A DNA stretch of 64,000 nucleotides from a virus (lineage: Duplodnaviria; Caudoviricetes): IMG/VR virus record IMGVR_UViG_3300045594_000287, positions 32,001-96,000 of that record. One strand, written 5' to 3'. Of this stretch, positions 19,001 to 27,800 are shown piece after piece; the stretch's first letter is position 1, and each line of letters starts with the position of its first letter. Below the pieces are notes generated by a model. It had not been told where the DNA came from, made no database searches, and saw only the letters and a list, made by a program, of their open reading frames with translations. The position numbers were made by a program, and so were the translations under genes.

Positions 19001-21714
19001 TTAAGAAGCAATACTCTTACAATATGTATAGCGTTGCAGATGACTTCAACAGAAAAGGCGGACTAACTAAAGATGACATGATCAAAAAATGGGGGTACAA
19101 AGAACCTATTTCCTTGACCAGCTTAATCACCGGCGCAAGCGATACTGTCGGACTCGAAAAATCTATGTATGGATCGAATACGCTTATAGATTTACATATA
19201 CCTGAACTGGGTGACCATCAGATATATGATGATGAAGCCCATCGTTATATGGCATTGCCTTGGGCTGATCCTAAAACAATGGGATCTTCAGATGAACTTG
19301 CTAGAACAGCATATCAGAAAAAAATTGCGGGCATGCAAAATGTTGTAAATCGAATGCGTCGAACAGCAGATGAAAACAATGGCCAAATCACAGATAAGGA
19401 AAAAATTGAAATCCAAGCAGATCTAAAAAATCGAGTAACCCAAACACATGAAGCGATTGCCGCTCAACTTGTACAGAAGAAAGGCTTAATGGCTCAAGCT
19501 TCAGAAGCTCACTTCGGAGATGCTGGTTTCAACAAAGCTTATGGTATACAGCTCGAAGGCAACGAAAAAGGATTCTGGGGAAACATAAACTTTGATGGGC
19601 TAAATATCTCAAAAGAAGCTGGGAAGGGAGAAGCCGGATTAGAGATTGATTACCAAGTGGCTGGAATGAAAGCGAGGAATCGTTTCTATAACGATAAATA
19701 CTTCAAGTCATTAGGCCTGGATGAAGAAACGACAAAAGCTATCCAGGAAAATACATTTGATCGCTTGAACAACGGCGGAACATTATCATTGAATATCCGT
19801 AACCCACAGGGTTACGATAAATCGACCAGCGCCGCAGCAATGTATTTTGACAAATCAATAAAAGGTAACACACTTGCTACATCTGCAGTGATGTGGGAAT
19901 CCAAAAAAGGCGATTATGACTCAGATGAAGCTGACTTCAAAATCCTTAAAGGCCGTGCCACTATCGTTGGGAATAATGGCAAGCAAACGGTAACTGATAT
20001 TGACTATGCTACTTATCAGACGCTGCAGCAGGCCAAAGAAAAAGGCATAATCAAAGATATATCGATGTCCGAAGAAGGACTTAAACTCTTCGCAGACACT
20101 AAGAAATCAATCATGTATAACGCCGCAGACCGGAATAAAGCTTCAAGGTCTGAACTCGGGAATACTGAATTGGGGCAGGGAGAGTACAACTACAGTAAGT
20201 TATACAATGAGTCTCTTGAAGGCAATGGCAACGTTGATAAGGTTGGCCACCATCATTTAACAACGGGGCTTAGAGAGCTTGCTCCTGAACGAAAAATGCA
20301 GCTGGCAAATATCTATAAAGATACTGAGCAAGCAGTCATTAATAAGGTTGGCCAGGAAGCATACGACAAACTGGATAACGCATCTAAGCGATCTGAATAC
20401 TTCAATTATGTCTCTGAAAATATGACTGGAGAAGCTTCAAACGAAGCGCGTAAAGCTGCAAGCTTTAATTTCAGAGTAGAGCGAAGCGCTCAGGATGCCG
20501 AAGCACGAGCGCGTAAAGTTGCTGCCGGCGAAATGAATGACGCAGTGTTCAAGTATTTCCGGGTAGCTGAGCAGGCTAAATTCTCTGACGGGTCAAAAGT
20601 CTATAGCGGTGAAGATCTGAAGGCAATGGCTCAGGTTCATACTGCATTGAACGAGGCGTTCTTATCTCCTAAGAACGAAAAAGGTGTTGGCAACATCTCA
20701 ATTGCTTCACAGTTGAGAGATGCTTTCCAGGACGTGTATCATGCAGCCAGGAGCAATAGCTTAAATACAGAAGCCAGAGAGAAAGCAAGAAACAAACTCA
20801 TTGACATCATTGACCCGATCATTCAAGGCAGGCGCGGGAAAGAAGTTGCAAAGATCCCGGGGATGGAACTTGATGCTGAGGGCAAGGCTACTGAGGCTGG
20901 AGCAAGGCATGCAGCAGAAATATTCGCATCCGTAGCCGACAGAGTAAGTTTAGCCGGGGTAAATATGAACACCTTGAATATGGGTGTTACTAGCGGGGCT
21001 ACCTCAGACGGAATCATGCACGCCGCATACCAACGTGCCAGTGACAATATGATCATGGATATGGCTGAACATCAGGCAAACATCCAGAGAAAGATAAATG
21101 GTAATGGATACAGCTCAATAGAGGAATCTACTGGCATTCACGCCTTCAGAGGATACGAAAAAGAAAATGCCGAACTCATGAGAGAAAATGCAGCTGAGGC
21201 AGCACGCAAATTAAAAGACTATGAAAATGGGAAGGCTCCAAACTTATCCGATGCCGTACCTGTCAGTAGAGGATTGGGGAAAGAAATCGGAGAAGCCTTA
21301 TCACACATGAAGATTACTGGTAAAGGCTTTGCAAAAGGCATGCTGGGAATTGCAGGTTCTCTTCTTGTTTCTGGGTATGCCAACAATCCGAGTGCCCCAG
21401 CAAGCAGCCAGCCTGCTCCGGCTGAGACTCAAGCTCAAGGAGCAACCGACTCAGCCAATGGGATGTCTGAAACTCAAGTGCCAAATCTATCTGACGGAAA
21501 TGTGAATGTATTGAGGGGCGGTCCGAAGTCAGGATACGTAATCAATATCAATGCCACATCGCCAAGAGGACAATCAGCAGCACAAAACGCCATTAGCCAA
21601 GCGATTGGAGGAGCTGTTCCAATGAACTCTTCTATAAATGTTGCCACCAATACATCGTACAAAGATAAAATAGACCAATTCCAAATTGGCAAAATCATAG
21701 AAGGAATGTTTTAA
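13063..21714 (+). CDS. Giant 2883-aa protein: N-terminal DEDDh 3'-5' exonuclease domain plus putative single-chain two-barrel RNA polymerase (candidate virion RNAP)
   Basis: Exonuclease motifs WDTET, GHNTLTFD and AHTSDVD. Polymerase-like motifs TKLGEQAEKGM, IRNP...GDYDSD, AGEMN and AFLSPK. The GTG start position is uncertain. Confidence 0.6.
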   Translation: MRTLRQNFINDDSKKIVESKVNDHIGKITRNSVEEQILEKSDKTDKNLYNKNIDQWREIHGAEIANGLLKSTDAVAGINVRAIKNTLTNAHSSQIIMNPSELYGETRKSRYLEADVKEVYEKMGMDAFEHVLDLNETGSKYFVGKTATSIAFQHTNRGVKQNYDRMMAGIKNSEEKGLFVDWDTETMSGTNKFGKQIVDQMTEFTFKVANYDDGSIVKGRSYGSIIGATEAQYNDYLKKIERYENGGSLSNLDRVELNRLALMGKSKVKETESGIHNYSYFAGAEEVAENRSEDMRAGLEQLFGIGKAQQAKGAVEEYGGQKMFAWEKKLFQGLDEIIQNDLTAVGHNTLTFDNGVMLHQLQHGMWSAGGKAYADQMLKATNGLHFEHENDTIAMIRQSVPDRLQIYRNADGTLNQAAMQYNKEHGLTLFQQEAIQNAMNSDFYASIGAAHTSDVDVQANAMMYASNKLKLNTEESFFKGMPESAPSIQLTGGSKQLLYAMEGGGIEYKGLLGFVTDPLTGDIRTSDKYRMSKVPTGGEMASEVNKDFFATGNIHKGVSYTISNATKVETSDEFRDLIGKYRPGMDVRSLVAVQLMPVSNSKTMRAKTPYTLIGSMTDVQDYINHTFLHTGHAVEDSQGHRTWTANGIPEESRRLLQVREFANDGVHAGFKDYSLEDQLAESSYRLTNESAARVVRAHELKKDVGVLRYVQDMDKYARENAIDPTDEYQMENMRQKFRDSVFSRSKSIESKIRSGKGYEAEEMVGTFHDYFGYIDRDTKNPMVWSDTVMSALDREGYVRKNQQVISGAIKHAYARAGESVTDQDISHMTALQKKNKEASAYYRMYMESATDAAIRKFGSGRPVGEHRMGIHTYELNQFEFDMNGYKGNFNPDNDIFSVHLGENGNTMVNRLLRHQGLRTDISDEAKIAELRRFQKFIGGSETLSELNSTRRELLEKNNLINIGEDTIDSAATKIITPLQNSRQYQPAGGRITPTLKYELAASMENMGLDNPEEVLSKADKTIPKISIYSSKTGADSYAHDIVNSVLFNDLDGKTLDEVRDDLQEYGYTREQAEKIIAMREQRKADAQPFMKRLIESVQKNGGSIGYNAEDREVFVSHKGKTTKLNNLPMDEYSNGMFYTRVNNSKVHASSGFYATGKYKDGKGTLKFGSSLLKAGDSVGWMDTAIARGAENGDLGDEVNSVLSGYAKVIRENSSIMEEDLQDMRGQFDINYREVAPFIEDNWDQISQNMVFDDSPQGQINQILRDAAMDGKLSGDRLNFELNSAIIQNADNILPVMAQKYGGSYAQTIMSGFSLNMKHAGELKASATEITNFGDDLDSGKRDVASFTGRAYKFRADGKVDGVRIGQSVTSEIAGNYAEDAGEGISYGVDTTLRTGRVRMTTSGLRNLVNSADIDNDYVRDVLTGIHLDEGSAAADPRLIDQYFTRRKSMQRIAMHRIFDMDKDTIDNLSTKQHTAPILNIDPKTGNISFTYSNGLFVESTDLSGESPISVKGFQGAKEEVAIKEAGLFNVGFFSKKGNLFADQQSVTDLLNSKKYHGRIVNAEDSRLEALNVLNEVYNASFYNLSLDANGNTKLGEQAEKGMYNALFATPGAIDKRVGSTLDRLGLSSMKDLVPRLDFIESLNAKDISKTPLGAMISAKAGRNVSHDEILKVIGSEFNSAKSMYDAMMEERYKPWDTLESIARNANVIKNGETVHAFSNTIAAENKHLNARSVLRVTDNLLEKYNGDAQKVASLLQEAMPGIHVGGSGRLYHSGDIDIDAVMEIANKELDGNVRTFYTNGNKTISAEQFSMLPEGEKGKWKKNESSYAYTELMQLPDQDRERLSDENGVGKTLKMDHRTKAMLDTQVYSKEGLKNVRNGFVDSMGKEAGEAQYRKYFMDAQNGKLVAEGLSDKINDSRYYDPGDKRVAIDGGQDLTKKDKEEISKAKEELRKSGINKKIADQIIEEARTAGVKDVGVGAIKKQYSYNMYSVADDFNRKGGLTKDDMIKKWGYKEPISLTSLITGASDTVGLEKSMYGSNTLIDLHIPELGDHQIYDDEAHRYMALPWADPKTMGSSDELARTAYQKKIAGMQNVVNRMRRTADENNGQITDKEKIEIQADLKNRVTQTHEAIAAQLVQKKGLMAQASEAHFGDAGFNKAYGIQLEGNEKGFWGNINFDGLNISKEAGKGEAGLEIDYQVAGMKARNRFYNDKYFKSLGLDEETTKAIQENTFDRLNNGGTLSLNIRNPQGYDKSTSAAAMYFDKSIKGNTLATSAVMWESKKGDYDSDEADFKILKGRATIVGNNGKQTVTDIDYATYQTLQQAKEKGIIKDISMSEEGLKLFADTKKSIMYNAADRNKASRSELGNTELGQGEYNYSKLYNESLEGNGNVDKVGHHHLTTGLRELAPERKMQLANIYKDTEQAVINKVGQEAYDKLDNASKRSEYFNYVSENMTGEASNEARKAASFNFRVERSAQDAEARARKVAAGEMNDAVFKYFRVAEQAKFSDGSKVYSGEDLKAMAQVHTALNEAFLSPKNEKGVGNISIASQLRDAFQDVYHAARSNSLNTEAREKARNKLIDIIDPIIQGRRGKEVAKIPGMELDAEGKATEAGARHAAEIFASVADRVSLAGVNMNTLNMGVTSGATSDGIMHAAYQRASDNMIMDMAEHQANIQRKINGNGYSSIEESTGIHAFRGYEKENAELMRENAAEAARKLKDYENGKAPNLSDAVPVSRGLGKEIGEALSHMKITGKGFAKGMLGIAGSLLVSGYANNPSAPASSQPAPAETQAQGATDSANGMSETQVPNLSDGNVNVLRGGPKSGYVININATSPRGQSAAQNAISQAIGGAVPMNSSINVATNTSYKDKIDQFQIGKIIEGMF

Positions 21715-21717
21715 CTT

Positions 21718-21744
21718 AGCCGCCTACGGGCGGCTTTTTATTTT
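21718..21744 (+). terminator. Rho-independent terminator
   Basis: AGCCGCC-TACG-GGCGGCT followed by TTTTATTTT. Confidence 0.9.
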
Positions 21745-21750
21745 CCTCAA

Positions 21751-21811
21751 TTTAGTCAACTGTCGACTAAATCATGAAAAAGTAAATTTAGTCGGTAGTC
21801 GACTAAATTTA
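21751..21811. promoter_or_regulatory. Two tandem palindromic protein-binding sites (copies 2 and 3)
   Basis: TTTAGTCAACTGTCGACTAAA (21751-21771) and TAAATTTAGTCG-GTAGT-CGACTAAATTTA (21783-21811). Confidence 0.65.
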
Positions 21812-21862
21812 ATAGCCTTCTACAAAGAGTAATAATACAGGTAGTAAAAGGAGGATATATTC

Positions 21863-24800
21863 ATGGCTAACGAAAATACGACTGAAACAGTAAACAAAGA
21901 CGTTGCGGCTGCTGCCGATCATGTCAACAACATGGATTACCGTGTCTCTGATAAGAATTTCAAGACCCCTGAAATGGGAGATTTTTATATTGGTGCTGTA
22001 GATAGCACATATCTTAAAAGACTGGATGAAATAGTAAATGGAAAGGGAGAAGGTGAAGGAGACGATAAGAATGCCGCCTTCTACACTGAAGCCCCTCCGG
22101 TAAAAGAGCTTGGAGAAACACCTACGTCTCTGTTCGTGAAAGCTCATGTTAACATTTCCCAGGATGATATCGATAACGGATTGTGCAACGGAAACACTTT
22201 GAATGTAAGTCTTGATGGCATTGTCGGCGATTCCGAAGGAAAAGCAGTAAGCAATATTCAAGCATCTATGTTTAACAATACATTCAATACACCAATGGTT
22301 GGAACGGAAAGTAAAAATATTTCTGTTCGTCTGGTAGGAATGAAATGCCCAGCTAATCCGAAATGGGCTCAAGAAAAAGGAGTTAAAAAGGACTCTATAA
22401 AAATGAAGACAGTAGCTATAGGGGATGCCGCAAAATCCTCTGACTATGTTTTTGCTAACGGCATCCACGATAAGTCCGAAACGATTACGGTTGCTTATAT
22501 CGGAAATAAATGGAGAGAGATAACCATTTACAACCAAGACGACAATGTAATGGATTTTCGTTGGTGTGTTGATAGCGGCGACTCTGATGGAGGAAGCAAG
22601 GATTCCGGAGGCGTTACTGCAGCGAATAACTTAAAGAAACTGATTGATAGTGCTAATGGAGAAGTGTATTTTCTATTAGATAAGAATTCTTGTCCAACTC
22701 AGTTTGCATCAACATCGAGTGATATTTTATCTGATAGCAGCGCGATCCAACAACTGGCATCATGGAATAAGACTAACGACAATTCGAGCAACGGCTTAAA
22801 CCAAGTTACTCAAGATGCAGCAGCCAGATTCATAGGAGCTGCCTATGTAAAACGTGATGGAAAATGGATAAATCTTACGAAAGCAGCCCTTACGGACGAT
22901 TCTAACCAAACGCTGTCTGCTGATACCTCATACGATGGTAAATGTAGAGACGTTTTTAAGCCCGCACGCTATGATAAAGATTCGGTCAACTACGCCGATG
23001 CGTTTATGAAACTTACCGATGAAATTGACGATCGTAAGAAAATCCAACATGATATTTTCAACTCAACTCCAGAAGATCTTCGCAAATGGACAGTCACTAT
23101 AGGCGACGTAACATTATTCGTCCCCCCGACAAGCATTACGTGCACCTCTGAAATTGAAAACGAGCGGTTACCAATGCTGAGATCTAAAGGCAGCATGGCA
23201 AAAACAGGCCGAAGAAGTGTGCGTCATATCCAGATGCACATATACTTTAACGAGGAGCGGGGGATTAACGGGTTCAAATATGAAGCAAAGACTCCGAATG
23301 GATCTGCTATAAAATACTCTATCAATGGACTACGATCTTTAGTCGCTCAGTTTAAGTTCGTTCCGTATGTACCGATTGATAATGAATACATCAATGAAAC
23401 GCTTGGAATAAGTGCTGTAACTGTAAATAATCTCAGCGTAAAAAACGTAAATGGTTACCCCCGTTTATTGGATGCTACGCTGACAGTTACTGAATTCGAC
23501 TATACCGTATACATGCCAGAAGCTACGCTTACAGGTATAGACAATGGCGGATTCGTTAATTTTTTTGCAGCTGCTATAAATTGGCCAACTATGCGCTATT
23601 ACTACCAGCGGGCACTTTCGTATGGAGATTCATTCAAAGAGAATGGATTAACTTACAATTCTTCCGACTATAACAAGGCAATCATTAAGAATCGTACATC
23701 GCTGATCCCAATGTCGTTTACCGACCCAAATGTCAAATTTTATGTTGCGAGTGCAGATTACCTCGATAAAATGTTACAAGCCAAGCTTAATGCAAAACGC
23801 GGCAAGGGCGATAATAATATTAGCTTTACGCCTGATGAAAAGAATGCAGCAAAAGATCTTGGAACAATATACGATGCAATAGACGCTTGTAAGAACGACG
23901 GAGAATTTCAGAATGCACTTGCTAAATTGAATTCCAGAGATTTAGCCTGGAGTCCGAAGTACTCTGAAAACGGCAACTACATAAACCTTACGGGTGATAC
24001 AGCGTTCTCAGGAAAGGAACAATATAGCCAGGGCATGGTTAGCGGTACAAATCTCTGTATGGTCGCAAGTGGATACACTGGGGATCGTGAAGGAGTAGAA
24101 AAAGACCTGAATGGCGCCCTGTCTCTTTTAAAAGCCCATATGGATGAGGTCAATGAGAAGGCGGGAAAGACTATTCTCTCTGATCCAAAATTCTATATAA
24201 AATGTAGCGGAGGCAATGACGAACGTAAATTCTCTGCTGGTGTATCTTACGCAGTAAACCTTGAGTATCTTTCTACGGATGCGAATTACAATGACATAAG
24301 AAAAGACGTGTCGAATTATATCGATGCGAACTCAGAAGACTTCTTCAATGATCGTCGCATAAACGTTCCATTGTCGCTTCCATTGAGCAACCCAAGTGAA
24401 AATTACAAAACAACAGTGATGCCTAAAAATGGAGAGCTCTCGATCGACATGGACAATAAAGATGTTGCTTTTCTGAAGTATTGCCAAACTCTTGGCAAAG
24501 AAGCTCCGGATCCGAATGACACGAAACGTATCAGCTTTGTCAACCTTAATCAGCTCGATAATCTTTATTATGAAGAGTATACGATGCCTGAAACACGGGT
24601 ATCGAACTGGAGCGTGGCGTTGACTAACCACATCTCAAATCTCAATGTATGCGAGATATCCGGCTCTTCTCCTCAGTATCTTGGTGGTGAAGATTTGGCC
24701 ATTACCATGGAGGTTACCACCACAAGCGATGAAGTCGTAAAGAAATTATCCTGCCTGCCACAGATCTGTGCAGCATATGGCCGTAAATATCATAGCATTC

Positions 24801-27800
24801 TCCCTGCGAGTGTGATCAAAGTTCAGTCAGAATTTGCCCAATTCTTTGGTGTGAATGAAGTGCTAGTCCAAAATGTACAAGTAGACACTACTCCAAATCT
24901 CCCTTCTGTAAAAACGATAACAATAGAGCTTATATCCAACGATAGAAGCTTACGCAATCGAGAAGCTTTGAATAAAATTGAAGCGGATAACGCAGGAAAG
25001 ATTGGAGGAAACGAGCAAGCTGACCGCTCGATAAAGAGTTACTTCGACATCGAAAAGACGATTGCGCAAGCAGAACTGTATCCAGATCTTGAACTTCCTA
25101 CGATAGATGAAATGCAATCTGCTGGCTGGGATTATGTAAGATATAAGTTCCAAGATGACAGAAAATATGTTGATCCAGATTTCTACTTCCTATACTTGAA
25201 TACATTGAGTTCTCAGATCATCAGAGAATCAATTATCACGTCAAAAGATTCGGGGGCAGGGGCAACAACAACGTGGAAGGATTCAACTGGCGCAAATATC
25301 AAAACGGAAATGTCTGCTCGTAAAGGCTTCAATGTAATCGCAAGAGATGCTAAAGCGCAAAAGCAGAAAGATAAAGTTATTGCTATACAGAACTCAACGA
25401 ATAAGCTGAACTCAAAAGATCTAACTGAAAATCTTAGGGATTCTAATCTGTCAAATGCAGAAGCAGCTGACGGCACGGAAACATGGGATATCTGTGAAGA
25501 CATAAAAGCGGTGTTCCTTGAAAAGGGGTATAAGCAAGAGTATGATTCCTATCAAGCTCGCGTTCATGCTCAGCAAGTAAGCGGTACAACTGGAAATGCT
25601 GGTGCTATTGACATCAGCGGGACTGACAAGACAGCAACGCAAACTGCTGCCACTTCATCAACCACGGCAGCTACGAATACCACAGATACATCTTCGAAAG
25701 CAGCAGATACCACGAGCGATTCCTCAGATACCGAAAAAACAGATGATGCAACAAAATCCGACAGTTCATCTGGAGATATCCAAACAGAGGGGAAATGGGT
25801 AGCTACCCAGCTTGCAGATGCACAGAAAGCGTCAAAAGCTATTGAAGAGTATCTAAACGGAACTGGCATAACAGAAACCGTAACCGACAATAATGTAGTA
25901 AAAGAAGCTGCTTCTAAGCAGTCTGCTTCAAACGTCTTGTCCACAAGTGTTGGAAAAAGCGACACTCCGACGACTGCAGGAACGAGCGAGGCATCGACGT
26001 CAGATAAAACAACCACAACATCAACAGAAAAAACATGCCAGGACAATTCGATGGAAAGCAAGATATCCGAAGCAGTAAATAAATTCTTTCAGGATGCATC
26101 CGTCCAAGCAATTCTTGGGTTCTTAAATGTTGAATACACGAATGAAACATTCCTGGCTACAGTTAGAGATATCGTTTATGCTGCTGCTTGTGCAGCCACT
26201 GGCGAAAAAGAATACTCAAATAAAGACCAAGCTACCGGATGGAGGCCGTCACCTGACTTCATTGGTGTCGTAACAGGTAATGGTCAGGATGATAGCAACA
26301 CCACACTAGCAAAAACAGTTGATGAAGCAATGGATAGGGCCATAGAATTTGGTTGCTTTAAAATAAAGCAATACGACAGTTCTACATTTCTTAAGATGAC
26401 CGGGGAAAGCCCAAAAGACGTGTGGGGAGGCAGCGAGGATACCAATGCAACTCACTTTTTAATTGATCCATACTACAGAAGCAAATCGATTGAGGAAATT
26501 AAGCAGTACAAAAAAGGATGTATCAACAATGCAAGATTCTGCACAATGGCGTACCTTCGCATCATGCTGTATTGGTTGAAAAAGTTGATTGACATCCAAG
26601 CTTTCCCAGCAATGACTGCTGACGTATTAAGGTCGGCAGCCAAAAACGAAATGTCCATTATTCAAAAGAACAAAGAAAAAAATGTAGATGGCGACATGGA
26701 TAAATCTATGGAACAGCATTTGAACTTTTTCAGCAAACGGTCGTATGCAGTAGATGCCGGAAAGTTTTGGACAGCATGTACCCTAGCATCAGGTGATGGG
26801 AATACAACTATTTTTGATCGAATTAAAAAGCGTGATTATCGCGGTTTGAATGGTTACATCTCTGGGTGTTCTAAGCCGGCAAGCTTTATCGATCCTTCCG
26901 ATAATGGAAGTTTAGCTGTACGTAAAATGACCCTCGCTTTGGTTGGCAAAAAACGAATTAAAGATTCGGATGCTATAGGTGTTCCACAAAATACGCCTGC
27001 CACTACCTACATGAGAGACCTGTCAGAAAAAAAATATATTGAAGCAGCAGAAGATCCAGCAACTTACTGCATGCATGCTTGTCACGATATGATAGTAAAC
27101 GATGCAAGAGGGCGCATGCTTAGAGCTTTTCCTACGTACTACATGATGTTCATAGATGAAGGCAGAGAAATCGGCATGTGGAAGCTCCATGACAACTTCT
27201 ATAACAATATGTGCATTTCCAGTATCCAGGTCGTGAAATCCAGAAAACTTCCGGCGGATACGGCTATTGTATGTATGAGTAACTTCTACCAGTCATTCAC
27301 AACTGAAAATGAAGATTATCAAAAAGTAGAAGAAGAAACCTGGGGCAATACATTCAAATCTATTATGAGTCCATTCTTCTCGGATGATTATGGTAAGGAG
27401 CAAGAAGCCAAACGCAAATCGGCACCGCCTGAAGATAAGATACGACTCCGCCCGGGTGCACGCATTCATATCCGTATGGGGTACGGATCAAACGCAGCCA
27501 TGCTGCCGGTTGTCTTTAACGGTAACATTGCGGAAGTAACCGCTACAGACACCGTTGAGTTCCAGGCCCAGGGTGATGGCGTGGAGTTGATGAATCCAAT
27601 CGTAGATGATACGGAAGGACATCAAATTATAAATCAAGATAGCCTGGTGAAAGGTTGGTTTACCAACGGAGGAACTCCGAAAGATATCATGAACGCCATC
27701 CTGACTTCTTGTGGCGGAATCATAAAAGCCGCTATGAAAGATCTCGGACGTCAAGATCTTCTCGGTAGAAACCCATACGGAATTTATCATTTTGGTAATC

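Noticed and set aside
13063-21714. Calling the 2883-aa protein a plain tape measure
   Set aside because: The chaperone-adjacent 2146-aa gene fits that role better, and this protein carries ordered enzyme motifs.
21751-21811. CRISPR mini-array
   Set aside because: There are only two imperfect ~21-bp palindromes with a ~16-bp gap and no cas genes.
25570-26060. Thr/Ser/Asp-rich stretch in the hub gene as a repeat element or separate feature
   Set aside because: It is a low-complexity in-frame linker without a discrete repeat unit.
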